Positions 37,361-51,879 of a stretch of 64,000 nucleotides of DNA are shown piece after piece. This stretch comes from Takakia lepidozioides (lineage: Eukaryota > Plantae > Bryophyta), in the NCBI GenBank assembly GCA_030704615.1, contig CM060732.1, forward strand, positions 40,982,001 through 41,046,000. Reading direction: 5' to 3'. The first letter of the stretch is position 1; each line of letters starts with the position of its first letter. Below the pieces are notes generated by a model. The model was not told the origin of the DNA, did no database searches, and worked only from the letters and a program-made list of their open reading frames with translations. The translations under genes were made by a program, and so were the position numbers.

Positions 37361-40315
37361 TTAAAATTTCACCCCCGTCCCCAATACTGCAATGAACTGA
37401 GCAATGAAGTCAGGGTGCGCAGGCCATGCAGGCGCAGTCACCAGGGTCTCATCTGTAACGGCCTTATAGATTGGCTCAGGCTTCACCCAGTGCCCTCCTG
37501 ACAACTCCACCTGCGACTTCACTGCAGGATATGCAGTGCACTTCTTGCCCTGTTTTACCCCCATGCAAAGGGGAGAAGCATCAACACATCAACAATAATA
37601 GTATACAAGTATCAATCAATCTTGCATTCTATGCTGCTTCACTGAAAACTTGGCCCATGAATTTGGATTTTAGGCGAGTAGCTTGGACCTTTCAAAACTA
37701 GAAAGTGCACACAGACATGGTCATTGATGTGAGAAAGAGATGTACCTTTAGCACACCCGCTGCAGCTAAGATTTGCTGGCCGTGACAGATGGACGCAATT
37801 GGTTTCTTACTCTCCGAAAAGTGACGGACAATGCTCAACACCGTCTCATTCAATGCCAGATACTCAGGGGCACGACCCCCTGGGACAAAAAGTCCATCGT
37901 ACTCCTCAGGGCTTACTCCATCAAAAGAGGCTGTGAGGACAAACCTGTGGCCTGGTTTCTCACTGTAGGTCTGCGCACCTTCAAAATCATGTATTGCTGT
38001 GACACATGTGTCGCCGGCCTTTTTATCCGGGCAGACTGCGTCAACCTGGTAGCCCAAAGTTTTCAGGGCTTGGAACGGCACCATTGCCTCATAGTCTTCC
38101 ATGTAGTCCTGCAGTATGAACAAATCTGCACATTTAATTCTGTTCTTTGTGATTGCAGTGTATGGCCTGACTGACTTCAGGAAGTACAATCCCCCCCTAA
38201 GAGAGCCCCCATCTTCTTTTAGTGTTCTACATGGGACCATAATTAGTGTCTTTCACATATTAAAAGATACTAGAGTATACTTGTCATGTTAAGAAATGTG
38301 GTAGGGATCATTCAAGTGCCTTCGTCTTTAAACTGTGAAAAGTATACTATCAAAGTATCAATGCACAGAACATGGTGTAGAAGGTAGAGGAGCCAACCCA
38401 GAAACTTCTACCTAAAAACTATCAGCAACCATTAGTGGTTCTTGAAAGGTTCCATAATCATGTGGTAACGTATGCAACCCTCTACCTATCATGATCCCTC
38501 GGGCCTCTTTCCTTTCCTCTTCTCCTCTTTACAGTGATCCACCCTGCTTTTCCTTCCCTTCAACTACATATCTCCAGGTTTCATTTCTATGGGGCTGACT
38601 GGAGCAGTTTAACGTAGTCTCCTGATATGCCTAAAAAAACAATGCACAGCACCTCCTTGTCGGAAACCCAGGTTGACAGAAAGTAATCACGTACCCCACA
38701 AAGCATCAGAATCTTCTTATTTGTTGCCCCATGAACAGTTCCCCCGAGTGCCTGAATGATCAGTCTCAAAAACTCAGGGTGACCTGGCCATGCTGCTCCT
38801 GTCACAAGATTTTTGTCGATAATACAGGTAGTGATAGGATCAGGCTCCTCCCAGATTCCACCTGCAGCAGCCAACATTAAATTAACAATGCCTTCCTCCT
38901 ATTATAGGCTTGCCTAGAGAACTGAAATTGCTTCTGCAACTGATTAAAAGTGTCAGAACTGAACAAATCAAATTTTTCTTTCCAAATTCAAGACACATAC
39001 CTGCTGCCAGCACCACAAACTTCAAGGCAGGGTAAGCAGTGCACTTCCTCCCCTTCAAAACATCAGTTGCTGCAAGCACTAAGGGACCATGGCAGATGGA
39101 AGCAATGAGTCGGTTCGAACTGGCAAACTTGTTGACTAGCTTCAAAACAGACTCGTCGAGTGAGAGGTACTCGGGGGCCCGCCCCCCTGGAATGTACAAA
39201 GCATCGTAACTGTCGACGTCCTCATCCAGGTAGTTTGATGTCAAGTTAAACTTGTGGCCTGGTGATTCTGAATACGTCTGCGGAAAATGTTATCAATCAC
39301 ACAAGGCTTCAGGTTACCATATGCGCCATGTGTTTTCTTTCTCATCCAACTTCCCCAAAAACCAGCACACTTGGAAGGTGTGTGTAAACATGACTGCTGA
39401 ATACTTCCCACAACAGTGACCACTAGGACCACAATGTCTATGCATGTTCAGTCTGTCATTGCCAACCGCAAGATTCTTGTGTATCTGGAGCCACTACACC
39501 ATTACAATTTGCTTGTCAAGTAGGTTAGCCTTCCAGCTGATCACTCGCCACCTGCTCCCACAACTAACATACTGTAGACTCAAACCTTCCTGCAAAGAAT
39601 GGAATACCTGATAACCGATAAAGTCGTGAACAGCTGTTAAGCACTGGTCGCCTCCTTTCTTGCCAGGGGACACTGTATCCACTCTCACTCCAAAGGCCTC
39701 GAGGGCCTGGAAAGGAACCATCGCCTGCCTCACACATCCCACGTAACACAAATTGTCCACTTAACATTTTTGCTCCTCAACTGTCCGAGGAATCACTCAA
39801 CCTATTTCGTACAGTTGTAATTAGTAACTCTGAGGCAAGGAGTCAGCCATGTCGTCCATGCTGCTCTCACCAAAGTTTGCATAATCCTCTCCAATTGGGC
39901 TACCCGATGATCGCGATCTCTTACAAACTTCACAGGCTGACATATATTTTCGTTCAAAAGCATGGATCTAATTTCCGAAGAATTTGAGAGACAATTACAT
40001 ACACAGACAGCGCCATGGATGTAAGTTCAGCATATCCATTACGAGGCGGCTGCTGGGCTGTAAGCTACCCTATGCATATTGCGTAGATGCATGGATTACG
40101 GGCTTCGTTACTCTCTACCCTGTCCTAAGGTCGCATGCAACAATGTGCAGAGCATCACCCCAACAAACATACCCACACCCAAACCAAAAACTGTTTTCAC
40201 TGAATTGCACGGATTACGAGACTGTTTCGAGACAAGAACCCACCTCGTAGTCTTCCATATAGTCACCACAGAGCATCAGCACCTTCTTTGCTGCAGGGCC
40301 TTCCATGGCAGCCAT
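37361..40315 (-). CDS. DJ1D: Tandem-domain DJ-1/PfpI protein (DJ-1D / glyoxalase III type), multi-exon
   Basis: Starts [24 protein letters not shown]|AMVPFQAL. Two domains each carry [22 protein letters not shown] (catalytic Cys), KCTAYPA and AWP(G/A)HP. Confidence 0.93.
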
Positions 40316-40933
40316 CTTGTCACACAAACAAACACCACCCTCTCTGCTTGTCTCTCTACCGCCACAACAGCATGCAGGGCTCCGCGCACCACCTGTGAGA
40401 TGATCGAGTCCTAAGCTTAGATGGCAAGAGTTGATGGGTGCGAGCTGCCCTCGTCACATGTCACGCGAAGATCCCAACGGGAAACCACGAGCTATGATGA
40501 GTGCTTGGCTTGGATGGTTCGTAGCTCAAATCAGAGGGAAAGCTGCATTCCATTCACTCATTAAAGGGGAGCATGGGAACTCATGATAACGTATTGGGAA
40601 CCTCATGAGAGCCTTGGACTAATTGATTCGACCATGCTTTCTGCATTAAGGTTCTCCTTCCTGTTCCTCCTGGAGGTGGGAGGTGGGTGAGAGGTTATCT
40701 TGGGTGAATCAGTACTAGAAATCGTGATGTGGGCTTGAGTGGTGATGGAAATTTCAGCTGTAGAAAGCAAGTGGGCGGTCTTTCGTTTTGCTTTTGGGAA
40801 GCTGAATGGTCGCCAATTGAGTGACAGGGTAGTTAGAATCTGAGCTCGATCTGTTGGAAGGTGAGGTGGTTTGTGTGGAGGGTGGGCGGATTGAGAGAGA
40901 GAAAGAGGAGGGTTTATTCAGCTGATGTGTTGA

Positions 40934-43774
<2,841 letters not shown>

Positions 43775-44896
43775 TCATTGTCACTTTGAACTTGAGTGCA
43801 CTATGTTAAAAAGTCAAAACTTACAAAACAAGACAATCAATTCTGCTAGCTGGGTTGACAGGGAATAGGTTCAGTCAGGCACTTGACTTAGGTACTTGAA
43901 TCTTCACTGTAATCGGCTGGAAAATATCTTGATTGGGATCTTGAATTTTAGATGAAGACAATGAATGGTCATGATGGCCATGTTCTGGAAGGACGGAGGC
44001 ACAACCCCTCATCAACCTGGTCATCTGCGAATAAATTTGGAATAGGTCTGGCATGGTGAGTACAATAAGTACTTTAGCCAGCAAGTTTCTATTGGTGTGT
44101 CGCCGCCCTCGAATCGAATGAATGCCCAGCTTTCGATAGCTGCCATAAGAGGACCCTCTAGTAAGGAATGCTTTGAAGGAGATAGTTGTCTTTTTGGTTG
44201 AGTGACAGTAGTAGTTTAGCAGTGTGATAATTGAAGGGTCACCCCTTGTCTAGAGAAGGAGGTGACTTTTGGTTCGCCCCCCTGCATTCAAGTAGTGCTT
44301 TCTATGTTTTTACAAGTATCGCAAGATTGATGAAGTGGGAATGATAGCCATTTGCCTGTTTGCAAGGCTGTGTTAGCCACATGCCATTTGTCCATCTCCA
44401 ACACTGGAATGTTGTATGTTGCTTGTCTGAAAGCTTTTCTTAACGACTGAATCTCATTTCAACCATCTTCCTACAACTATGAAATGGACCAACAATCTTC
44501 CCAACTCGACCTCAAAGACTTAGCAAAGTGGGCTTTGTTGGAACAATGACGTCCTAAACTGCAGGGGGTTTGCACTTGGACTTTGATGACATTGGACACT
44601 GGAGGTCGCACTTGGGGGGAGATGCACTGGATACATAGGAAATTGCACTTGGGCTTAGATTTCAATTCTTCACACATGGGCCAATAGCATAGGCTACCCT
44701 ATATTTCCCAAACTGCAGGGTCTTTGGATACCTAGGGGATTGCACTTGGACTCAGATCACAGTGGACACTTGGGCCAACTGCACAGGCTACCCTAGTATT
44801 GATTAGGGATTAGTATTGATTAGTGGACTATTTCTCTGTGAGGGAGGATGCAAGCTTGCCTGTTTGGTTAGGAATGCAGATGGGTTTTCTTGAAAG

Positions 44897-47041
44897 ATGT
44901 TCAGAGCTGGTAGTGATAGCCTGCTCTTGGTGAGACTATGGTTCAAGAAATATGGCTCCTCAGCTGCCGATTCCCGGTTTTTCGAAATATGTCCAATATC
45001 GTCAGATGCCAAGAAGGTCCTGTCGATTGAGTGCTTGTTCAATCCTCCTTGGATAAACGCAGAACTTGCTGCGATCAGACAAGGTGGTGATCGTTCCAAT
45101 GTGTGTGTGCACCATGGAGATACTCCAGGCCGAGAAAACCGGTATTGTTATGATGATGCTCGGAGGTTTCCAATTCAAACTGATAGACTCGGTACGGTTC
45201 ACCTCAAAGTAGATGACTGCAGTTATTTAGAAAGGAGCCTGTCCTCATGGTGCTTTCAAGATCATAGAAGCTTTGAGATATTATGTGACTTCGATTGTAA
45301 GGATTTTGTAAGCAAAAGTCATGCAGGATGGCAGATCAGACAGAGTTACTTGTTCGATATCAGACTGGCGGCAGCTGTAGCAAATCCACCATCGCCACTG
45401 CTTTTGAAAGGCCCAAAGCGGCGGCGGGGGCTCGACAAGAACTTACATGGTATTAGCGGGAATGTGGGGAGTCTACAAAAGGCAGGACGAGTGAAGGAGG
45501 CTCTGCACATTTTGAACCAACAAGGTATCCAGGCCGGCTCCGATACATATGTGTGTTTCTTGCAGGAGTGCATCAACATGAGAGACCTAGCAGAGGGAAA
45601 GGAGGTGCACGCCCACATTGTCCAAAGTGGATTAAAGCCGAACGTCTCTCTCCTCAACAATCTGATAGACATGTATGCCAAGTGTGGGAGCGTGGCGGAT
45701 GCACGCCGGGTGTTTGACAACATGCCGGAACGAACTTTGTTTACCTGGACCATAATGATAGCAGGGTATGCCAAACGTGGGTCTGGTAGGGAGGCTTTGG
45801 AAATCTACGAGCAAATGCAACGGAAAGGAGTGACGCCCAACAGAGTCACCTTCATTTGCATTGTGAATGCATGTGCTAAACTAGGAGCTCTGGATAAAGG
45901 CAAGGAGGTCCATGCAGACGTCATCAAAGCTGGAATTGGGCCATATATTATTTTGGACACCGCCCTTGCTGACATGTATGCCAAATGTGGGAGCATGAAA
46001 AATGCACGCGAAGTGTTCGACAAAATGGCTAAACGAAATGTGGTTTCCTGGAACGCCATGATCGGAGGATATGCTCAGCATGGATGTGGTAGGGAGGCTT
46101 TGAAGATGTATGAGCAAATGCAACAGGCAGGAGTGACTCCTGACAGGATCACCTTTATTTGCATTCTCAATGCTTGTGCCAGCCTAGGAGCCCTGGAAAA
46201 GGGCAAAGAGGTCCATGCTGACATTATCAAAACTGAAATTGCCTCAAATGTCATTCTAGAGACCGCCCTTGCTGACATGTATGCCAAATGTGGGAGCATG
46301 ATGATTGCGCGTCAAGTGTTCGAGAATATGGCTCAGCGAGATGTGATCGCATGGAACGCCATAATTGGGGGATATTCTCAGCATGGGTGTGGTAGGGAGG
46401 CTTTCGAGATGTATAAGCAAATGCAACTAGAAGGATTAACTCCTGACAGTGTGACCTTCATTTGCGTTTTAAATGGCTGTGCCAGCCTAGGAGCCCTGGA
46501 AAAGGGCAGAGAGGTCCATACTGACATTAGCAACGTTGGAATTGCGTCACATATCATTCTGGAAAATGCCCTTATTGACATGTATGCCAAATGTGGGAGC
46601 ATGAAGGATGCACATCAGGTGTTCCACAACATGGCTAAACGAGATGTGGTCTCGTGGAACGCTATGATGGCAGGATATGCCCAGCATGGGTTTGGTAGGG
46701 ATGCCCTTCAACTATTCCAACAAATGGAACAAGAAGGCTGTAGGCCAGTTGGTGCCACCTTTATATCTCTGCTATCTGCATGTAGCCACGTGGGGCTAGT
46801 AGATGAAGGCCTACACTACTTTGATTCCATGAGTCGAGATTATGGCCTCACCCCAACTGTGGAGCATTTTAGCTGCATTGTGGACCTTCTTGGCCGTGCA
46901 GGGCGTCTGGATGAGGCAGAGGACTTAATAAAATATGCACCTATCAAACCAGATGTTGGGGTATGGAGAACTTTGCTTGGTGCCTGCAGAATTCATGGCG
47001 ATCTGGAGTTAGCAGAACGTGCGGCAGAGAGCATGTTCTAG
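44897..47041 (+). CDS. PLS-class PPR protein (organellar RNA-editing-factor type), terminating inside the E domain
   Basis: Repeating P-L-S triplets with a ~303-bp nucleotide period, then the P2-L2-S2 block (FISLLSACSHVGLVDEG, HFSCIVDLLGRAGRLDEA) and E1 start WRTLLGACRIHGDLELAERAAE. The start codon is uncertain. Confidence 0.9.
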   Translation: MFRAGSDSLLLVRLWFKKYGSSAADSRFFEICPISSDAKKVLSIECLFNPPWINAELAAIRQGGDRSNVCVHHGDTPGRENRYCYDDARRFPIQTDRLGTVHLKVDDCSYLERSLSSWCFQDHRSFEILCDFDCKDFVSKSHAGWQIRQSYLFDIRLAAAVANPPSPLLLKGPKRRRGLDKNLHGISGNVGSLQKAGRVKEALHILNQQGIQAGSDTYVCFLQECINMRDLAEGKEVHAHIVQSGLKPNVSLLNNLIDMYAKCGSVADARRVFDNMPERTLFTWTIMIAGYAKRGSGREALEIYEQMQRKGVTPNRVTFICIVNACAKLGALDKGKEVHADVIKAGIGPYIILDTALADMYAKCGSMKNAREVFDKMAKRNVVSWNAMIGGYAQHGCGREALKMYEQMQQAGVTPDRITFICILNACASLGALEKGKEVHADIIKTEIASNVILETALADMYAKCGSMMIARQVFENMAQRDVIAWNAIIGGYSQHGCGREAFEMYKQMQLEGLTPDSVTFICVLNGCASLGALEKGREVHTDISNVGIASHIILENALIDMYAKCGSMKDAHQVFHNMAKRDVVSWNAMMAGYAQHGFGRDALQLFQQMEQEGCRPVGATFISLLSACSHVGLVDEGLHYFDSMSRDYGLTPTVEHFSCIVDLLGRAGRLDEAEDLIKYAPIKPDVGVWRTLLGACRIHGDLELAERAAESMF

Positions 47042-47355
47042 AGGGATCTGCATGGGTGTGACACCATTGAACATGTTTGCCATGGCTGACAGGTGGAACG
47101 ATAAAGAAAATGGGTAAAACGATGGAGCACAGAGGGTGCAGCCGCATGGAGGTCAATAACTGGTGCATACACTCATTGCAGAAGGCAATTGGCATCCAGG
47201 TAGTGTGGACATCCATGCTGAGGTCAAGACATGAAGGAAGCTGGGAATGTGCCTGGCACACGCTTTGTATTACATGGTTTGGAGGGTGGGCAGCTGGATT
47301 GCCTTCACCTTATAGGATGTCTATCTGTCTCATCAAGAACCTTCGGGAGTGTTAG
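47042..47355 (+). pseudogene. Decayed E2/E+/DYW remnant behind the PLS-PPR stop codon
   Basis: Out-of-frame pieces RGCSRMEVNN (like PGCSWIEV), MKEAGNVPGTRFVLHGLE (like MKEAGYVPDT..VLHDVE) and LIKNLREC* (like IIKNLRVC). No HSE or CxxC motif remains. Confidence 0.75.
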
Positions 47356-48141
47356 CACCCAGGAATTGCTGAAATCAATGCTGAGCTAAGGAGATGGAGA
47401 GGGCCGGGTACTCAGCTTGCACATGCGTCGTATTGCATGATATGGAGGAGCAGGCAACATAATTTCTCTTCGGTACAACAGAGAGCAACTGGCCACTCAT
47501 CATGAGCACATCTCCTAGTGGCTTTGAACTTTGAACCCAGCAGAGTATTTCTGGTGTTGCCCAACAGCACTTCCACACGTATATGTGCTCGAATTCTCCA
47601 GCACTTTGAAAGGCAGGAGGTTTTCGAAGCTTCAGATTATGGAATCATGATTTGAAGAAAGACAGTGTCTTTCTACATATGTGCTGCAATTGCGTTAACA
47701 TTGCCAAGGAGGAAAAAACTGGCCACCTCAGCCTCTCTGTGATGTCTGGTTTTGGCAGTACATATGCAGCATTTCCCATCTGTGTACGGGGTGTGTGATA
47801 AAATCTTCCAACGCTTGTGATGACCTCCCTCTTTCTGTGTCTAGTTGCTCAGTATTAAAACCCTTCTGCTTGTGTAATCTGTAATGCTCCTGGGTGCTGT
47901 ATGTGCAGGTGCAGATGAACGAGTATGAGGGATCTTCAATTTGGATCCCTTCTTTGAGCTTGGAAAGATGATAATACAAAAAGCACATCTACCAGACGTC
48001 TTCATAAGGATGGATAGGCCGGTGAGCCATAGCATAATCCTCTGAATGCATTCCAAGCTGCAGGAAGTACCAGTACTCTCACTCAGACTTGTTGTGAGAC
48101 CATCCAGACATATGAGGGAGAGGTCGTCATTGTCGTAAAGA

Positions 48142-49930
48142 ATGATCCATGGGAAGAGGGTGCTTGGACACTCCTCGTTTCTTTGCAAAGTTGTGCGGCG
48201 AGAAGATAAGTGTGCGGCCAGAAGTGGTGTTGTCGGAGGCCTATCTGAACGCAGTGATTTGAGTAGACGACTGCTGAATCTACAGGGCAATTGGGCCTTT
48301 GGAAGTACTCAGGCAGCAGTCGGTAGTAATGGAGAGACCAGCGAGCCCCAAGCATTGGGACCCTACAAACTCACAGAACGCGTTGTTGTTGACGAAAACC
48401 ACACGTTGCGAGAACCCAGTCCCATGCAATCTCCTATCCTCCATAGATTAATGCAAGGCTTCATCCAATTCAAGGAGGAAAAGTTCCTGTACGTACGTCC
48501 TTCCACTCTGATTTTGTTTCTCCAGGGGGGACAGAGTTTCTCCTTTGTAGTTAAGGAATTAAAATTATCTGTTGCTCTTGCATGGATTAGACACCTTTTG
48601 TCACTGCTCTGTCTACTAAGAAACCATTCAGGAGTACAGCTTCCATTTCAGCGAGCAATCTCTGACAATCACCTGGATCCCTGAGAAGATTCATGAGCCA
48701 TGCAGTTCTTGAACCTTTACATGAACATTCCTTCAGCAAGCATGGAAGGATAAAACCGCATGATGTAATTGACTGCAAGGATTTGCATATGACTATATTG
48801 CATTTGTTCTCATGACTCCGAATAATGGTGTAATCAGCAAGGAGACAGACCTGTTTAGAAAGCTGGCAACCTCCCAAGAGCCCAAGGTACTTCTCTTCCA
48901 AGCAAGGTGGAAGAGTTACCTTCACACCAGATTTAGGGTGGGCAATGGCCTGAGGAGGTTCTCCTTAATATGCTTACAGACACAGGGGGCTGGGAAGCCA
49001 GTGGTTAGCTTCATGACCCCAGATTAAGGTTCATGTCCAGCGGAGCAACCATGAAGTTGGCGATGGTCGAGAGATCATGCTTATAAGTTATAAAGGCAGC
49101 TATTATCTATGACTCGCCTATAATGACTAGCTGTTCTATCCTGCTAGAATATTGGGTAACAGCCCCTGAGAGTTTTGAGGGGAACTTGAGTGAACAACCT
49201 TCAAACTTTCCAATCAGAATACACGAGGCAGTGCTGTATGCTGACTAAAGTATTGAATATTATTTTGATGAACACTAAAGGACTTTGCAAATGAAGCCAA
49301 ACCTTAGTGCCTATCCTCATACAAAATGCAGGTGTCAAAAAACTACACTGTGCACACAGTAAGGTGGATGTAGTATTCATCTGAAATGACAATTCGCTGC
49401 TGTATACCTCAGTGAAGGGCTCTTACCATGGACAAGTGCTCTCCTGCCAGGGAAGTAGTTGGGTCTCGGATTTTATGAAGCTGTGATGCATTTAGGCTCC
49501 AGGGCAACACAGAGAGCCTTGCTCATGTTTATGTCATGTGAATGTGTCGGTGATGGTCATTGCATGCTATGATTCTCGGGTTTGCGCAACACCATGGGGC
49601 TTGAATCTGGAGAGGTTTTCACATTACGCAACCTGGCCAATCTGGTTCCCCCTAAGGAGGATGAGGTCTGTGTATACCAGTTTTCGTCAGGGTAATGTGG
49701 TGATCTTCCAAGCCACAAAGGCAGCACAGAGATGAGATGGTAGCCAAAGAAAAACATAGATGCAGGTAGGTGGCAAGACCAGGAGGCCACGAATGGTTAC
49801 AAAGAGATAATGCCACTCCCCCTGACTCTCCATGGAAAAGCCTATTAAAACATGAGACGACCCACAAAATAATAGACAAAAGTTTCGAGGAGTGTCACCA
49901 GCAAATTCAGGCATGTGTCGAAGAACAAAA
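48142..49930 (+). pseudogene. Beta-carbonic anhydrase pseudogene
   Basis: RLMQGFIQFKEEKF|KETDLFRKLATSQEPK|VMVIACYDSRVC, then a frameshift into GLESGEVFTLRNLANLVPP, and a later fragment DKSFEEC. The exon with the zinc-ligand HxxC motif was not found. Confidence 0.8.
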
Positions 49931-50048
49931 ATTTCAAGACCACACAGCCAGCAGAAACACATGATGGGGTGATTGAATGCACCTGCTGAAGTCACACATC
50001 TGCTCTTGGCATCTGTGTACGGTTTGTCAGGCTCAACATTCCTCCATA

Positions 50049-50713
50049 CACCTGTCTAACCTCTTTAATATGACTCTCGACTATGTGACAAATTTTGTGT
50101 TCACCAAACTTTGTAAGCAAACTTAGTTCAAATATCCCCCTATTATATGACTATGACTCTCTTTACTATGACACTTCAAGACCCCTACTTTGTCATATTA
50201 AGGAGGTTTATACTATTTTAATGATGGTGGGACCCACCAACCTTTGGGCCTGGGGACATTGGGAACATGCGTAAAGAGCATGAGAACAAAAGTTTTGGGT
50301 GTTCTCTTGTCCCTTTACCGTTTTCACGTGGAGGGTTTTTAGGGCTTTTGTTTTTGTCTTCATGATTTTGACCTCAATGTGGATCCAAGTTACGTAGATG
50401 AGCAGCCACCACATGTCACACCATGCGGAGATGTTGTCTCATTTCATACTTGATAACCCTCAAACTGTTGCTGATGTTATACACTGGAAACTCAACAAAA
50501 TGACTGTTGCCAATCTTAGTAGGCAACAACAAACAACCTTGGACACTTTTCTTTCTCAGACATAGAAGTTTAGCTCGTCAATTTAGTGATATTTAAGTAT
50601 TGTTCGGTAATACGACATTTTGGTCCCATTTGTCATATTATCGATTATGTGACACCTCCATATTATGACTTTTTTCCGTTTCCCCTAGGTGTCATACTGA
50701 AGAGGTTAGACTG
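50049..50713 (+). mobile_element. pogo/Tigger-like (Tc1/mariner superfamily) non-autonomous deletion derivative
   Basis: Imperfect ~23-bp TIRs (TA|CACCTGTCTAACCTCTTTAATATGAC ... GTCATACTGAAGAGGTTAGACTG|TA) with TA flanks. An internal remnant KLNKMTVANLSRQQQTTLDTFLSQT* resembles the C-terminal PIP box of pogo transposases. Confidence 0.75.
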
Positions 50714-50717
50714 TATC

Positions 50718-51017
50718 TATTGTTGTTGTTCCGTGCAAGTTTAAGACATCAAGGAAGATTGTATGTGAGAACAGGCATCTCATTTGAGATCCCATAGACA
50801 CCTCCTGCAGTCATTGTGGCCCTGCTGGATCCAAGCTTGTGCTGCTACCAGTTGGTTTCTCTTACTCGGAACTGGAGAATGACTCCTTTTGACTTGGTTT
50901 TCTGATCCAGCAGTCTGGGGGAGAAGATCGTGCATCATACCACACCCAACAAGGTAGCAGGATTTGAACCCAGAATCACCTGGGTGGCACTCAGTGCTGA
51001 GTACTGAGCTACCCACT
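50718..51017 (-). mobile_element. tRNA-derived SINE-like element
   Basis: Minus strand starts GGGTAGCTCAGT (A box) with GGGTTCAAATCC (B box) about 40 nt later, then a ~230-nt body ending in an AACAACAACAAT tail. Confidence 0.6.
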
Positions 51018-51018
51018 G

Positions 51019-51075
51019 GTTTTTTTTTTTTTTTTTTTTGAACAGGGGGTAGAGGCCCTGATAATTTATTGAATG
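51019..51075 (-). mobile_element. Poly(A)-tailed retroelement 3' end (L1-like stub)
   Basis: Minus strand reads ATTCAATAAATTATCAGGGCCTCTACCCCCTGTTC followed by a ~21-nt poly(A). Confidence 0.5.
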
Positions 51076-51879
51076 TGACTGGTTGTAATGTGGTAACCAG
51101 AGTTTTTACTAGCGGACGAAGGAAGATTTTTAATTAAAAAAAACCTGAGATAAAGCCGAAACTAGGTCTTTAAAATGGCTCGTGGATGAACGCTTTTCAT
51201 GCAAATCTTCATCGAAAGTGCCTCACATACGATATCCAATCAAGTGAATCTTCATCCGAAATCCATCATCATTTCCGAGCCTGAACATCTTTTCCACCCT
51301 CAGACTCGGCAGACGAACCTATAGTGTTGGCCCGAGGTTGACTAGGGAGGAAAGCAAATCGAAAGCAACATGGGGGGGGGGGGGGGAGAGAGAGAGAGAG
51401 AGAGAGAAGAAAAGGGGATTAAAAGTTATGATTTATATGTATAATCACAATTGTTTAGCCTGCAATAGTGCATAATAATCTCAAATTGTTATGGTTATCT
51501 TACGAAGTGCACATCAATGTGGCAAGTCATTTAAACACACTTGCTAAATTTTGAACAATTCTTGTAGGGAGTGTCCAATGAGGACCATATTGTCTCAACG
51601 GTGCTTTATGCAGTTATATCTATGTGCATTACTACTACTGACTTGGCAATTTACAAGTAAGGTATTTGGAGTTGGTGATCAAATGTTCTGCAAATCATTG
51701 TGGAAACTCTACAAGATGTAGAAGCGTCAAAAAGTGTACCGGTTGCAATATACACAACCTACATCAATTCACCAACTAAGGATGACTTGCCAACAGTGGG
51801 GTATTTTTTGGGTGTTGTACCGGCAAAAGTAATAAGTGCAGTATGTATGAGGGTCCAAGTACAAAAGTTGATGCATCTG

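Noticed and set aside
44555-44795. Degenerate repeats (TGCACTTGGAC, AGGCTACCCT) upstream of the PLS-PPR
   Set aside because: Short, irregular local duplications with no termini, coding signal or structure I can support.
44897-45440. N-terminal ~180 aa of the PLS-PPR ORF as an extra domain
   Set aside because: No recognisable motif; may be intron/UTR read-through or a targeting region.
50952-51016. Possible tRNA gene on the minus strand
   Set aside because: A and B boxes are present but no convincing cloverleaf; it continues into a body with an (AAC)n tail, so it was called SINE-like.
51372-51408. Poly-G run plus (GA)n tract
   Set aside because: Simple sequence repeat with no supported associated gene.
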